Shown here piece by piece: positions 18,960 to 28,246 of a stretch of DNA of 64,000 bases. The notes under the pieces were generated by a model that searched no databases, was not told the origin of the DNA, and saw nothing but the letters and a program-made list of their open reading frames with translations. Source of the stretch: a virus; IMG/VR virus record IMGVR_UViG_3300047323_000673, positions 116,808 to 180,807 of that record; one strand, written 5' to 3'. The translations under genes were made by a program, and so were the position numbers. How positions within the stretch are numbered: position 1 is the first letter of the stretch; each line of letters opens with the position of its first letter.

Positions 18960-19775
18960 TTAAGCCCCATTGTGGGCTTTTTCCATTTTTTCATTAAGTA
19001 AATTAGCTAAGGATGCAATTGTTTTCAATGCTGGATTATTTGCATTGGCTAGAGCTTCTCCAACTTCTTTAATATCCAATTTAATAGGATATCTTGTTCC
19101 TCTATGTTCAATACCCTTTTTCATTAATTGAGTAAATGGTACTCCAATTTTTTTCAAGAAAATCATCATTTTTCTTTCACACATAAAAATTGAGCAATCC
19201 AACCCTTTGGACAAAACAAAACTTGCAGAAAATACACTAAAAAGAAGATAATTTCCATTAATTGCTCCTTGAATTTTAAATAATGATTTATTTCTATGAT
19301 CATTTAATATTAAAAGCCTAGAAATTTCAGCATATTTTAATCCATTTAATTGTTCTTTTATTTGAATATATTCTTCAGGATAAAGATGCTTAATAGCCTC
19401 CAAACAAGGCAAATCACCATTCTCAGGAGCGAAGATAAGTCTTACTCCAGCAATAGCAGGATCATCAAAAGGTGTAATATAAGTTGTAGCTCTATCAATT
19501 ATATCATCAAGTTTAGATTTTTTTACTTTTTTGGAAATAACACAACCAATAGAATCTTTATCATAAATATCAAATTCTTGTTGTTCTTTACTAACTTCTT
19601 CAAAACCGAATTCGTCACAATAAACTTTATGTCTCAAAGTAAAGCTCCGTTTAGCAGTGATTCGGCCTAATTGTTTAGATGTGTTAAAAAATTCAACGAC
19701 ATAATTACTCTTAAAATACCTAAGAGTAATATATGGTATCATTTTTTGATAAATTTCGTGGAAATATTTTTTCAT
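18960..19775 (-). CDS. GNAT/LuxI-fold acyltransferase (exosortase-associated acyltransferase / N-acyl amino acid synthase-like)
   Basis: LRHKVYCDEFGFE, EFDIYD, AGVRLI, AEISRL, IEHRGTRYP. Confidence 0.6.
   Translation of the reverse strand: MKKYFHEIYQKMIPYITLRYFKSNYVVEFFNTSKQLGRITAKRSFTLRHKVYCDEFGFEEVSKEQQEFDIYDKDSIGCVISKKVKKSKLDDIIDRATTYITPFDDPAIAGVRLIFAPENGDLPCLEAIKHLYPEEYIQIKEQLNGLKYAEISRLLILNDHRNKSLFKIQGAINGNYLLFSVFSASFVLSKGLDCSIFMCERKMMIFLKKIGVPFTQLMKKGIEHRGTRYPIKLDIKEVGEALANANNPALKTIASLANLLNEKMEKAHNGA
18962..18982. terminator. Bidirectional intrinsic terminator
   Basis: AAGCCC-CATTGT-GGGCTTTTT at a convergent junction. Confidence 0.7.
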
Positions 19776-19878
19776 GACATTTTATTCTTATTTTAGTTTT
19801 TTTAATTTTGAAAATGACACATTGAATATAGACGATATAATGGTTTTTTAAAAAATCAAGTGTCGAAAAATTTTACAC

Positions 19879-19907
19879 TTGATTTAAATTATTGTGCATT
19901 ATATAAT
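19879..19907 (+). promoter_or_regulatory. Sigma70-type promoter
   Basis: TTGATT-N17-TATAAT upstream of 19936. Confidence 0.7.
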
Positions 19908-19935
19908 GCATAATAATTTTACTGAAAGTTAAAAA

Positions 19936-20697
19936 ATGCGTTTACATGTCCTATCAGATCTGCATATTGAATTCTCTAATTATCTTATTCCTATTCAGGA
20001 AGCTGATGTATTAGTTTTAGCTGGTGATATAGGTAATGGTTTGACAGGTATTCTTTATGCTGCTCAATATAAGAAATATTACAAGCATGTTATATATGTA
20101 GCGGGGAATCATGAGTTTTATGGTCATCATTTGTCTAAAATGAGTATTGAATTAGCTAAATTTGCCGAACAATATGGAATAATTTTTTTAGATAATAGTA
20201 ATATTGAAATTGATGGAATTTCTTTTATTGGTGCTACTCTATGGACTGATTTTAAGCTTTATGGTGAAAAACCTGAGCATATTGCATATTATATGAATAA
20301 AGGGGCTGCATCTTTAAACGATTTCTCACAAATTAGATATGGAACATTTTGGTTCAATCCTGTAGATTGTGCAAAAATGAGCCTGAATTCACAAGATTAT
20401 ATTAATAATGCTTTAACTAATAATATTGGTAAAAAAAATGTAGTAGTAACTCATCATTGTCCAAGTTCAAAGAGTATTAGTCAAAAGTATTTAGGTAATC
20501 ATATTAATCCATGTTTTGCTAATAATCTTGATTCTTTGGTTAAAAAGGCTGATATTTGGATTCATGGACATACTCATGACTCTTTTGATTACCCATTAGG
20601 AAAGTGTAGGGTAATTTGTAATCCTAGAGGATATTCTAAGTATCAAGAAAAACAGGAAAATGTTAATTTTAATCCTAGTTTAGTAGTAGAAATTTAA
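19936..20697 (+). CDS. Calcineurin-like metallophosphoesterase
   Basis: SDLH, AGDI, GNHEFY, VTHH, WIHGHTH, NPRGY. Confidence 0.92.
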   Translation: MRLHVLSDLHIEFSNYLIPIQEADVLVLAGDIGNGLTGILYAAQYKKYYKHVIYVAGNHEFYGHHLSKMSIELAKFAEQYGIIFLDNSNIEIDGISFIGATLWTDFKLYGEKPEHIAYYMNKGAASLNDFSQIRYGTFWFNPVDCAKMSLNSQDYINNALTNNIGKKNVVVTHHCPSSKSISQKYLGNHINPCFANNLDSLVKKADIWIHGHTHDSFDYPLGKCRVICNPRGYSKYQEKQENVNFNPSLVVEI

Positions 20698-20749
20698 TAT
20701 TGTTTTTACTTAAATGAAGCTTATTAGTTTTTGATTACTTCTAGCATAA

Positions 20750-21262
20750 TCAATACTTAAGCTTCATTTTATTATTAAGTGGCATAGTATCTAAATTAAT
20801 TATTTTTTTTTCTTTAGATATTGGATGCTTAATAAATAATTTGGGATTATTTAAAATAATTTTTTGACCGCAGTATTTATTCTCCCAATCTTTCAAGCTT
20901 GCAGGTATTTCTTTTAATTTTTTCTTAATAGATACATGCATGATTCTTTCTTTATAATCTTCCACAATAGAAAAATGTTTTAAAATATTTTTATTAGTAA
21001 TTATTAAATTCGGATTATCTATCAATAAAGTTATATGATTATTTAGAATTTCTATTTTGGTAATAATTGCTTCCTCTTCTTTAGGTATATTAAATGAATT
21101 TAATTTATCTAAATGTTTATCAGAAAAATCTTCCTTTGAATAAGCTAAAGTGCAATGTAATTCATCTTTAGTATAGAAACCTTCTTCTTCAATATAATCA
21201 GGGATTAATGCATCGTATGAAAAATAATATGGCATATATTTTAAATGTATTTGTATTGTCAT
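20750..21262 (-). CDS. 2H phosphoesterase-like protein (T4 gp57B/Acb1-like)
   Basis: Two HxT/S motifs, LHCTLAYS and IMHVSI, spaced as in T4 Acb1 (HSTICYS ... PHITL). Confidence 0.55.
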   Translation of the reverse strand: MTIQIHLKYMPYYFSYDALIPDYIEEEGFYTKDELHCTLAYSKEDFSDKHLDKLNSFNIPKEEEAIITKIEILNNHITLLIDNPNLIITNKNILKHFSIVEDYKERIMHVSIKKKLKEIPASLKDWENKYCGQKIILNNPKLFIKHPISKEKKIINLDTMPLNNKMKLKY

Positions 21263-21371
21263 ATTATATTTAAAAAATAAACATTAACAAGTATATTAAA
21301 ATATCTTTTATTTAATTGATTATTTCATAAAAAGCATTAAGATATATATACATATCATAATAATAATACAA

Positions 21372-21722
21372 ATGGACAATATTAAAAAAATTAATGAAGT
21401 TGAAAATTATGAAATTATTGGAAAAACTAGGGATATATTAATTACTTATTCATTACATGATTGTACTGAATTGTCAGATATTGAAAATGGTTCAATTATT
21501 ATTAAAGAAAAAAATTTAGATAATTATGACTTGATTGTGACTACAGAATTAGGGGATTACCTAGTAATATTTAAGAATTTAAATGAAAAAACAGCAGAAT
21601 CTTTAATTAGAAAAACAATTGTTTTTGCTGGAATTTCAGAAAAAACTAATGATATTGAAGAAGCACTTTTAGTCTCTAAAATTACCATAGAAAACAAAAC
21701 AAAGAAAACGATGGAGTTATAA
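21372..21722 (+). CDS. Hypothetical protein
   Basis: 116-aa ORF; no family recognised. Confidence 0.55.
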   Translation: MDNIKKINEVENYEIIGKTRDILITYSLHDCTELSDIENGSIIIKEKNLDNYDLIVTTELGDYLVIFKNLNEKTAESLIRKTIVFAGISEKTNDIEEALLVSKITIENKTKKTMEL

Positions 21723-21725
21723 ATA

Positions 21726-22922
21726 ATGAATGCTAAACAAAAATTATTAGATCATGTTAAAAAGATTATCAAAGAAACAGATGATAAGGACATTCAGTAT
21801 ATTGGCTCTAAACCTTGGTATCAAAGACCTTTGAATAAATTTAAGCTAGGTTTAGCTATTGGGGTAGCTACAGGATTAGTTTCTGGCTTATCTTCTTTTG
21901 CTTTACTTGAAAAAAATATGTCAGATCATTTGAAAATGGGATCACAATTAGCCTCAGGAAAAGTGCAGTCTGAAGTTTCAGTAGAAAATTTAACTCTTCA
22001 ACCAAAAAAGAAAAATGCTTTTGCTCAAGCACTTGAAAGTTTTAGAAAAGAATATCCTAATTTAGATTTTACAAATATTAAAAATGCAAGAGAAGTTTCT
22101 AAGCAATTTTTAGGAAAGAATAATTTTATTGCTTTAGCAGCAGAGATGGAAGGTTTTCGTGGTGATTTACATAAAGATCCAGCAACAGGATTAAATATCG
22201 GTTTTGGTTATAATATAAGTAAAAGAGCAGAATTATCTCCTGAGGAAGTAATAGCAGATTTAACTGCTATAGGAATTAGCACTCGTAAAATTGATAGAAT
22301 TATTGAGATATCTAAGAAAAAACAAAGTAATTTAAGCAAAGAAATTAAAAAATTTAATGAAGAATTTAATTTGCCAGATAATCAGCTTATAACATTAGAA
22401 CAAGGTGTAGCTTTATTAAAAAGAACCGAAGCAGAATATAAAAACCAGGCCAAAGTAACTTTTAGCTCTTCTTTTGATAAAATGGGTTCTCATCAGCAGC
22501 AAGTATTAACTTATGCTGCTTACAAAGCAGGATATGATGCATTAACTAAATATAAAAGAGCAATTAAAAAGGCCGATAAAATTTATGCTAATAATAAAGA
22601 ACCAGGAACCAAACAATTAAAATCTATCGCTCAAGAGCTTACTTTTTACTATTCTAAAGATGGTAAAGAAATGGTTTTGGATGAAAGAGCCACTCTTATT
22701 GCTCATACATTTATTAGTCAAGACTATTTAGGTTTACAAATAGGTAAAAAAGATTTACTAAAACAGTCACCACAAAAATTATATCAACAACAAATAGACT
22801 TCTCTCATCTAGATACAACATTAGATAAGACTAAACATGCAAAACCAGATATTAGAAATGTTTTGGAAAAATACAGAAAACATGATGCTGAACATAAGCA
22901 TAAAAGTAAACATAGCTTATAA
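21726..22922 (+). CDS. Membrane-anchored lysozyme-like (GH24/pesticin-type) protein
   Basis: EGFRGDLHKDPATGLNIGFGYN resembles the T4-lysozyme E-x8-D-x5-T(N) catalytic loop; Gly/Ala-rich hydrophobic segment at about aa 38-60. Confidence 0.6.
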   Translation: MNAKQKLLDHVKKIIKETDDKDIQYIGSKPWYQRPLNKFKLGLAIGVATGLVSGLSSFALLEKNMSDHLKMGSQLASGKVQSEVSVENLTLQPKKKNAFAQALESFRKEYPNLDFTNIKNAREVSKQFLGKNNFIALAAEMEGFRGDLHKDPATGLNIGFGYNISKRAELSPEEVIADLTAIGISTRKIDRIIEISKKKQSNLSKEIKKFNEEFNLPDNQLITLEQGVALLKRTEAEYKNQAKVTFSSSFDKMGSHQQQVLTYAAYKAGYDALTKYKRAIKKADKIYANNKEPGTKQLKSIAQELTFYYSKDGKEMVLDERATLIAHTFISQDYLGLQIGKKDLLKQSPQKLYQQQIDFSHLDTTLDKTKHAKPDIRNVLEKYRKHDAEHKHKSKHSL

Positions 22923-23759
22923 TTAAGCTACTAGTTCTACAAAGTTAGGCTTTGACATCTGATCTGCAAGTTTGTTTTCTTTTCTAGAAATCCAAGCTAT
23001 TTTATATGAATCAAAATCCTGAAGCATTTCATATATTTCATCAACAAGTTTTTTAAATTTGTTATTGATATTATTTTTTCTTGTTTGAAATGAGATTAAT
23101 GCATCAACAGAAGCAATAGAATCAGTAAATACCTCAAGTGAAGGTAAATTCATTTCTTTTGCAATAAGAACAGCTTGTTTAATAGCTTTAAGTTCAGCCA
23201 CATTATTATCTTGATTAGACTCCTTAAAACGAAAACTAACAATGATATTTTTGTCAGAAATTCCGTACCCTGCCATATAAGAATCTTCTTTAACCGCAGC
23301 ATCAGTAAAGAAAGAAATTGGTGGTTTATTAAAATTTTCTGTTTGGACTATTGAATCATTGCTGCCAACATGTTGGGTAGCATTAAAAATCTCTCCAAGA
23401 TTAACGACTAAATCTGTTTCATACTCAATACGATAAAAGGGACTAAGCAAATAAACTAATTTATGTCCTGAATTGGTTTGTTTTTTGCTTTCTTCTAACA
23501 TAATAGAAATAAATTTAGCAGGTTTGTGTGATGCATATTTAAATTTATGCTTGAAGCTTTCTCCATAAATACATTGAACTTTGGTATTTGCTTTAGGAGG
23601 AAACCCTTTAAGTTTTAATTCTTGAATGCCAGCTTTAAGTGCAGCAGTGAATCCTGCTACTAAAGCATCAGCGATAAAAGGAAAGACCTCTTTAAATAGA
23701 GAATTGCCATTCTGAATCAATTCAATTTCATGTTGTTCATTGTATTGCAGGATATTCAT
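22923..23759 (-). CDS. Protein with C-terminal RNase H-like domain
   Basis: FFTDAA, NNVAELKAI, VFTDS, WISRKENKLAD give the D-E-D-D acidic set; N-terminal half unknown. Confidence 0.75.
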   Translation of the reverse strand: MNILQYNEQHEIELIQNGNSLFKEVFPFIADALVAGFTAALKAGIQELKLKGFPPKANTKVQCIYGESFKHKFKYASHKPAKFISIMLEESKKQTNSGHKLVYLLSPFYRIEYETDLVVNLGEIFNATQHVGSNDSIVQTENFNKPPISFFTDAAVKEDSYMAGYGISDKNIIVSFRFKESNQDNNVAELKAIKQAVLIAKEMNLPSLEVFTDSIASVDALISFQTRKNNINNKFKKLVDEIYEMLQDFDSYKIAWISRKENKLADQMSKPNFVELVA

Positions 23760-23773
23760 AACTGTTATTTTAA

Positions 23774-24430
23774 TTAGGAGTTAATTTCTAGTTCAAATAG
23801 ATTAGTTTTACCAAATTTTTCTTTAAGGAAGTTACCATTCGCACGAAGTGCAGTAACATCATCTTCATACATTCCATAAGCAATTTCTTTAACTTTTTGA
23901 TCAAGAACAGTAAGCTGTTCAATCAACATTTGTTTTGCTGTTTTGCCATTTGATGATTTAATTTCATTAGCATATTTAGATGGAAGCTTTGAATATTGAT
24001 TAATGATATTAGGCAAATATGAATCAAAAATAGATGTAAAGTTAATAATATCTTCGTTAAAAGATGTATTTTTATTAGCTTCCTGAACAAAAGTAATTAA
24101 TTCAGTTGCATTTTGTGAGATACTATGAAGAATTTCTTTTGCTTCTTGTGGAACTTTTTCTGAAGCCATAACAGTATTTTTCATTTTATTAATAAATCCA
24201 ATATAGTCATTAAGGCTTTGTCCTTCATAATGATAAAACTTAATTTTTTTATCAGCAGGGCCAGCTACATAACCAAAAATATAAGCCATTACAGCAATTG
24301 GTAGCCAAAAGCTTTTCATAATACCAATAAGTGCTAAAACAAGAACAATAGAAGTCAAAGCACAACCCAAGATATTTTTGTTAGAGAAAAGGAATTTTTG
24401 AATTTTGAAGTTCATTGTGTTTACTCTCAT
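23774..24430 (-). CDS. XpaC-like (5-bromo-4-chloroindolyl phosphate hydrolysis family) membrane protein
   Basis: Two N-terminal TM segments, then YLPNIINQYSKLP...LIEQLTVL...DDVTALRANGNFLKEKF; typical neighbour of SBP-vWA genes. Confidence 0.55.
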   Translation of the reverse strand: MRVNTMNFKIQKFLFSNKNILGCALTSIVLVLALIGIMKSFWLPIAVMAYIFGYVAGPADKKIKFYHYEGQSLNDYIGFINKMKNTVMASEKVPQEAKEILHSISQNATELITFVQEANKNTSFNEDIINFTSIFDSYLPNIINQYSKLPSKYANEIKSSNGKTAKQMLIEQLTVLDQKVKEIAYGMYEDDVTALRANGNFLKEKFGKTNLFELEINS

Positions 24431-24484
24431 TTTATTTTGATGAATTATTATATCATAATTAAAATAATTTGTAGTAATTAAAAT

Positions 24485-24514
24485 AAAAAAAGCCCTGATT
24501 TCTCAAGGCTTTTT
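24485..24514. terminator. Intrinsic terminator
   Basis: A-run, GCC-ctgatttctcaa-GGC, T-run. Confidence 0.55.
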
Positions 24515-24531
24515 ATCGTTATTAATACAGT

Positions 24532-26088
24532 TTATTGATAACTACGAATTTCACGGAAAGCACTTGAAAGGTTCTTTTTACCGTCAAAGACTTTACCACC
24601 TGAGATTTGTGTAATACCGTTTAATTGGTTAATATCTGCATCACCGAATGAGATAGCAAACACACGAATACCATGAGATTCAATCTTATTTTGCGTAAAC
24701 CACTGAGCAAACCCTTCCATATTAGCACCTTCATTACTCATTCCGTCAGTTAAAACAATTACACTGTAACGATATTTATCACCATTAACTTTTTTATCTT
24801 CTACTAGTTGATGGATTGCAGTAGCTACACCATCATACATAGCTGTTCCACCATCCATATGCAAATTCTGAATGAAAGAATCAAATTCTACCTTCTGTTT
24901 ATCATTAAATACATGAGATTCTGCTACTTGACTAGAGAAAGGAACAACAATAATCTCTTCACGATTACGAATAGTCGCAAATTTAGAGAGTGTTCCTTTT
25001 GCAAATCCATCAACCATTTGTTTCATTTGCATTTCTCGCTCACCGCCCATTGAACCACTAGTGTCTACAACAAAAGCAAATTTAGCAGGTTTCTTATATT
25101 CATTAAAATAAGCCATAAGAATTGAATCAGAAAGATTTGCATCAGGATTAAATGGCATTTCAACAAGTAGCTTGTCAGTATCAAATACTTTTTGAGATTG
25201 CATTACTTCTGCATTACCTGAACGGTATTTATACTCATTGACAAGCCGATTTTGAACTTCCTTACTCTTCATGAATTGAACAAATGCTTTATACTGCTCT
25301 GTTTTCTTATCATTTAGTAAGAGCATTGGATAATCCGAAGTAATAATACCTTCATTCGGATAAACAGCAACAAGTTTATTTGGGTTCTTTAGAATTGCTG
25401 ATTCATAGTTAACAATAAAATCAATATTTGATTCTTTATTAAAAGTATCCATCAACCAACTTGATGATTTAGCAGTAACCTTTTGCCCTTTAAAAAAATT
25501 CTGGACAACATCTTTATTAACATCAGCAATAGTAATGTTTTCACCTTTATTAGTGGTGGCATAAATAACACCCATTAGAGCCACATAACCCGAATTAGAT
25601 ACACTAGGGTCAGTCATTGCATAAGTCATATTTTTATTCTTAACCCAACCTGCAATGTCTTTCCAATCATAATTTTTAGACTCAGATAGTCCATTTTTAC
25701 TAAATGACTCGGAACGAACACCAACAATAACTGGCGAGAACATAATTTTCTCACTGAGCTTAATACGCTTTGAGCTTTCAGGGGTATCATAAAAATATTT
25801 TGCATTGCCAAACCATGCAACATCATATGCAGCACCGGATTTAACAGCGTCTACACCTTCAATGGTGCCAGTATATTTAACTTGAATTGGGAAGCCAAGT
25901 TTATTTGATGCCTCTTGAATCAAAGGCTTGATTATTTCGATTTCAGAACCAGCAACAATAGTCAATGCGTTACTGTCAGCATCAACATTTGCCTCAACTG
26001 AATCTTTTTTAGAACAACCAACCATAATTGCACCAGCAAAGATAGTGAAGGCAATATTACGAAGAACCTTATTCATGTTTTCTCCCAA
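24532..26088 (-). CDS. Lipoprotein: solute-binding-protein fold plus vWA domain
   Basis: Lipobox-like MVGC; AGSE, SPVIVG, TDPSVSNSG; vWA MIDAS VVDTSGSM, T (GGTAMYD) and VLTDG. Confidence 0.85.
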   Translation of the reverse strand: MGENMNKVLRNIAFTIFAGAIMVGCSKKDSVEANVDADSNALTIVAGSEIEIIKPLIQEASNKLGFPIQVKYTGTIEGVDAVKSGAAYDVAWFGNAKYFYDTPESSKRIKLSEKIMFSPVIVGVRSESFSKNGLSESKNYDWKDIAGWVKNKNMTYAMTDPSVSNSGYVALMGVIYATTNKGENITIADVNKDVVQNFFKGQKVTAKSSSWLMDTFNKESNIDFIVNYESAILKNPNKLVAVYPNEGIITSDYPMLLLNDKKTEQYKAFVQFMKSKEVQNRLVNEYKYRSGNAEVMQSQKVFDTDKLLVEMPFNPDANLSDSILMAYFNEYKKPAKFAFVVDTSGSMGGEREMQMKQMVDGFAKGTLSKFATIRNREEIIVVPFSSQVAESHVFNDKQKVEFDSFIQNLHMDGGTAMYDGVATAIHQLVEDKKVNGDKYRYSVIVLTDGMSNEGANMEGFAQWFTQNKIESHGIRVFAISFGDADINQLNGITQISGGKVFDGKKNLSSAFREIRSYQ

Positions 26089-26227
26089 TTATTAATCATG
26101 CGGCTATTATATATCAAAAATTGGTATTTATAACACTTTTTTTAAAATAATTTTAAGAGTTTAATATCTTATGATTAAAATATCTATTTATGATATAATT
26201 ACTCATTAAATCTTTCAGGAGAAGGTA

Positions 26228-26917
26228 ATGGGTATTAGAATTCACAAACAAATTGGGTATTTCATTCCCTTAGAAAAATATGATAATTTTATTGTCAAAA
26301 ACTATGAGGAAGTCTTGGAAGATTTAGATGAAAATAGTGAGACTCATATCAATAATATGCTTGAAGGATATAAAAATTATATTCCTTATAATAAAGATGA
26401 TTATGAACAGCCTTTATTAAAATATCTTGCTAGAGAATATAATAAAGAAAAAGAAAAGTTTTCTGCTTACCACTTTGTATCGGAAGTTCATTTTGGAGAT
26501 GATGTAGTTGGTATTATTGTTAAAACACCTGAGTTACATAAACATACTCGTTATGATAATTTAATTGATTACTATGAAAATAATTTAAATGTAGAAAATA
26601 CTATCAAATATCTAAATCAACCTATTTATCCATCACAAGGATATATTTATACAGGGGGATTAGAAAAAGAGTTTCCTGACTTAAAAGTAGGGAAAATTTA
26701 TGAAATGTTTCATATTAAATGCATTTATTTAACAGAAGCATTGCAAGTGCCAGAAGAACAACGAGTTGAATTTGTTTGCAAAAGTGGTTATTTCCGCCCT
26801 AATATTGAAGGTGCTGCATTTGTAATTGCAAAAACTTTTGGAATTTTAGAAGAACATATTACTGAAAATGATTTTAATAAAATGATGGAACCAGTGATTA
26901 TTACCTCCTGGGGATAA
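26228..26917 (+). CDS. Hypothetical protein
   Basis: 229-aa ORF with AGGAG RBS; no family recognised. Confidence 0.6.
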   Translation: MGIRIHKQIGYFIPLEKYDNFIVKNYEEVLEDLDENSETHINNMLEGYKNYIPYNKDDYEQPLLKYLAREYNKEKEKFSAYHFVSEVHFGDDVVGIIVKTPELHKHTRYDNLIDYYENNLNVENTIKYLNQPIYPSQGYIYTGGLEKEFPDLKVGKIYEMFHIKCIYLTEALQVPEEQRVEFVCKSGYFRPNIEGAAFVIAKTFGILEEHITENDFNKMMEPVIITSWG

Positions 26918-26931
26918 TATTTAGATTAAAC

Positions 26932-27016
26932 AAAAAAGCCTTATAGAGAGATCTGTAAGGCCTTTTTGTTGTGAACGATATTTTTAATAACAAAAAAGCC
27001 CCTAAATGGGGCTTTT
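26932..27016. terminator. Two tandem intrinsic terminators
   Basis: GCCTTATAGA-GAGA-TCTGTAAGGC plus T-run (26932..26967) and AAAAAAGCCCC-TAAAT-GGGGCTTTT (26992..27016). Confidence 0.8.
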
Positions 27017-27031
27017 ATTATGATTCAAGCA

Positions 27032-28138
27032 TTATTGTGCTTTTGCTTCAACCAACTCTGCCATGTAGTCTAGAACATCATAGTTTGGTGGGTCAATAAC
27101 ATCCACAACAACATCAGGAATATTCACGCCAATTTTTTTAGCTTTTTGAACAATACCTGCATCACCTTCAAATCGGAACCCATATTCTACAGCTAATTTT
27201 TTGAGTTCGTCATCTTTCTTAAACAGGTTAACAAGTGCTTGTGCCTTAGGATTAAGAGCAACTAGAACATGCTTAGTGAAAACAGTAGGAGTAGGATAAA
27301 TAAGTTGCATATCTTTACCTAGACCACCGTTTTTAAATGCATTTTCAAGAAATTCACTTTCATAAGCAAACATCATTGGAACCTTACCACGACCAATAGA
27401 CATGTAATCACTCATCATATTGGTGCTTGAACTTTCACGATTACCTTGAGCCTGAATAATACGCTTTAAAGTAGGCATAACTTTATCTACTTCTTGATTA
27501 TTAGACACAACATTATTACTATTTAGAACATAAGAGTTTAGAGCAAGATACATTTTTGCGGCATTACTAAAGCGTGAATCACTTGAAGATACAAGAACAA
27601 CTTTATTAACAGGGTAAGAGCCTGAATTTTTTAGGTCTTTCCAGCGAACACCATTTTCAGCTAACTTCATAAAACTCTCCATATCAAGAGCTTCATAATC
27701 ACCAACTTTTTTAATTACATTATTTTCTTTAAGAATGCTGACAATGGGAGTCCAAGTAGCGATAACCATTGGGCTATAAAAGATATTATAAGCTTGAGAA
27801 CCTTTAAAATTAGACTTTACTTTTTCTGATGTTTGAATACCGGAAGGGAAAACAAAATCCGCATTATTTAAATCAGCAGGTTTTGTAGCCTGAGCAATTT
27901 TGCCTGAGGCCATTCGTTCAAATTCAATATCAAATCCATTTTTAACCAAAATAGCTTTAACTCGTTCATCACGGAAGAAGTTCTCTTTTTCAGAAGTAAT
28001 AACACCTTTAAGAACATTTCTTTCTCCAACAACAGCAGCAATACCAGCACTTTTTGAATCACCTTTTGTTGAATACCATCCAGCAACACCAATTAGTACT
28101 GCAAAGAATACTAGAAAAATCGCTTTACCTTTATTCAT
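27032..28138 (-). CDS. Membrane-anchored solute-binding-fold protein (partner of SBP-vWA)
   Basis: N-terminal TM; FYSPMVIATW, SNAAKMYL, GKVPMMFAYES, IYPTPTV motifs parallel to 24532..26088. Confidence 0.65.
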   Translation of the reverse strand: MNKGKAIFLVFFAVLIGVAGWYSTKGDSKSAGIAAVVGERNVLKGVITSEKENFFRDERVKAILVKNGFDIEFERMASGKIAQATKPADLNNADFVFPSGIQTSEKVKSNFKGSQAYNIFYSPMVIATWTPIVSILKENNVIKKVGDYEALDMESFMKLAENGVRWKDLKNSGSYPVNKVVLVSSSDSRFSNAAKMYLALNSYVLNSNNVVSNNQEVDKVMPTLKRIIQAQGNRESSSTNMMSDYMSIGRGKVPMMFAYESEFLENAFKNGGLGKDMQLIYPTPTVFTKHVLVALNPKAQALVNLFKKDDELKKLAVEYGFRFEGDAGIVQKAKKIGVNIPDVVVDVIDPPNYDVLDYMAELVEAKAQ

Positions 28139-28246
28139 TTATTACTCCTTATAGAGATTAATTTTAACTATGTTTTGCAGAATTATAACATGGTTAAAAT
28201 TTTAAAACAATCAAATTATTATTTAAAAAATCATCTTATCACTAAG

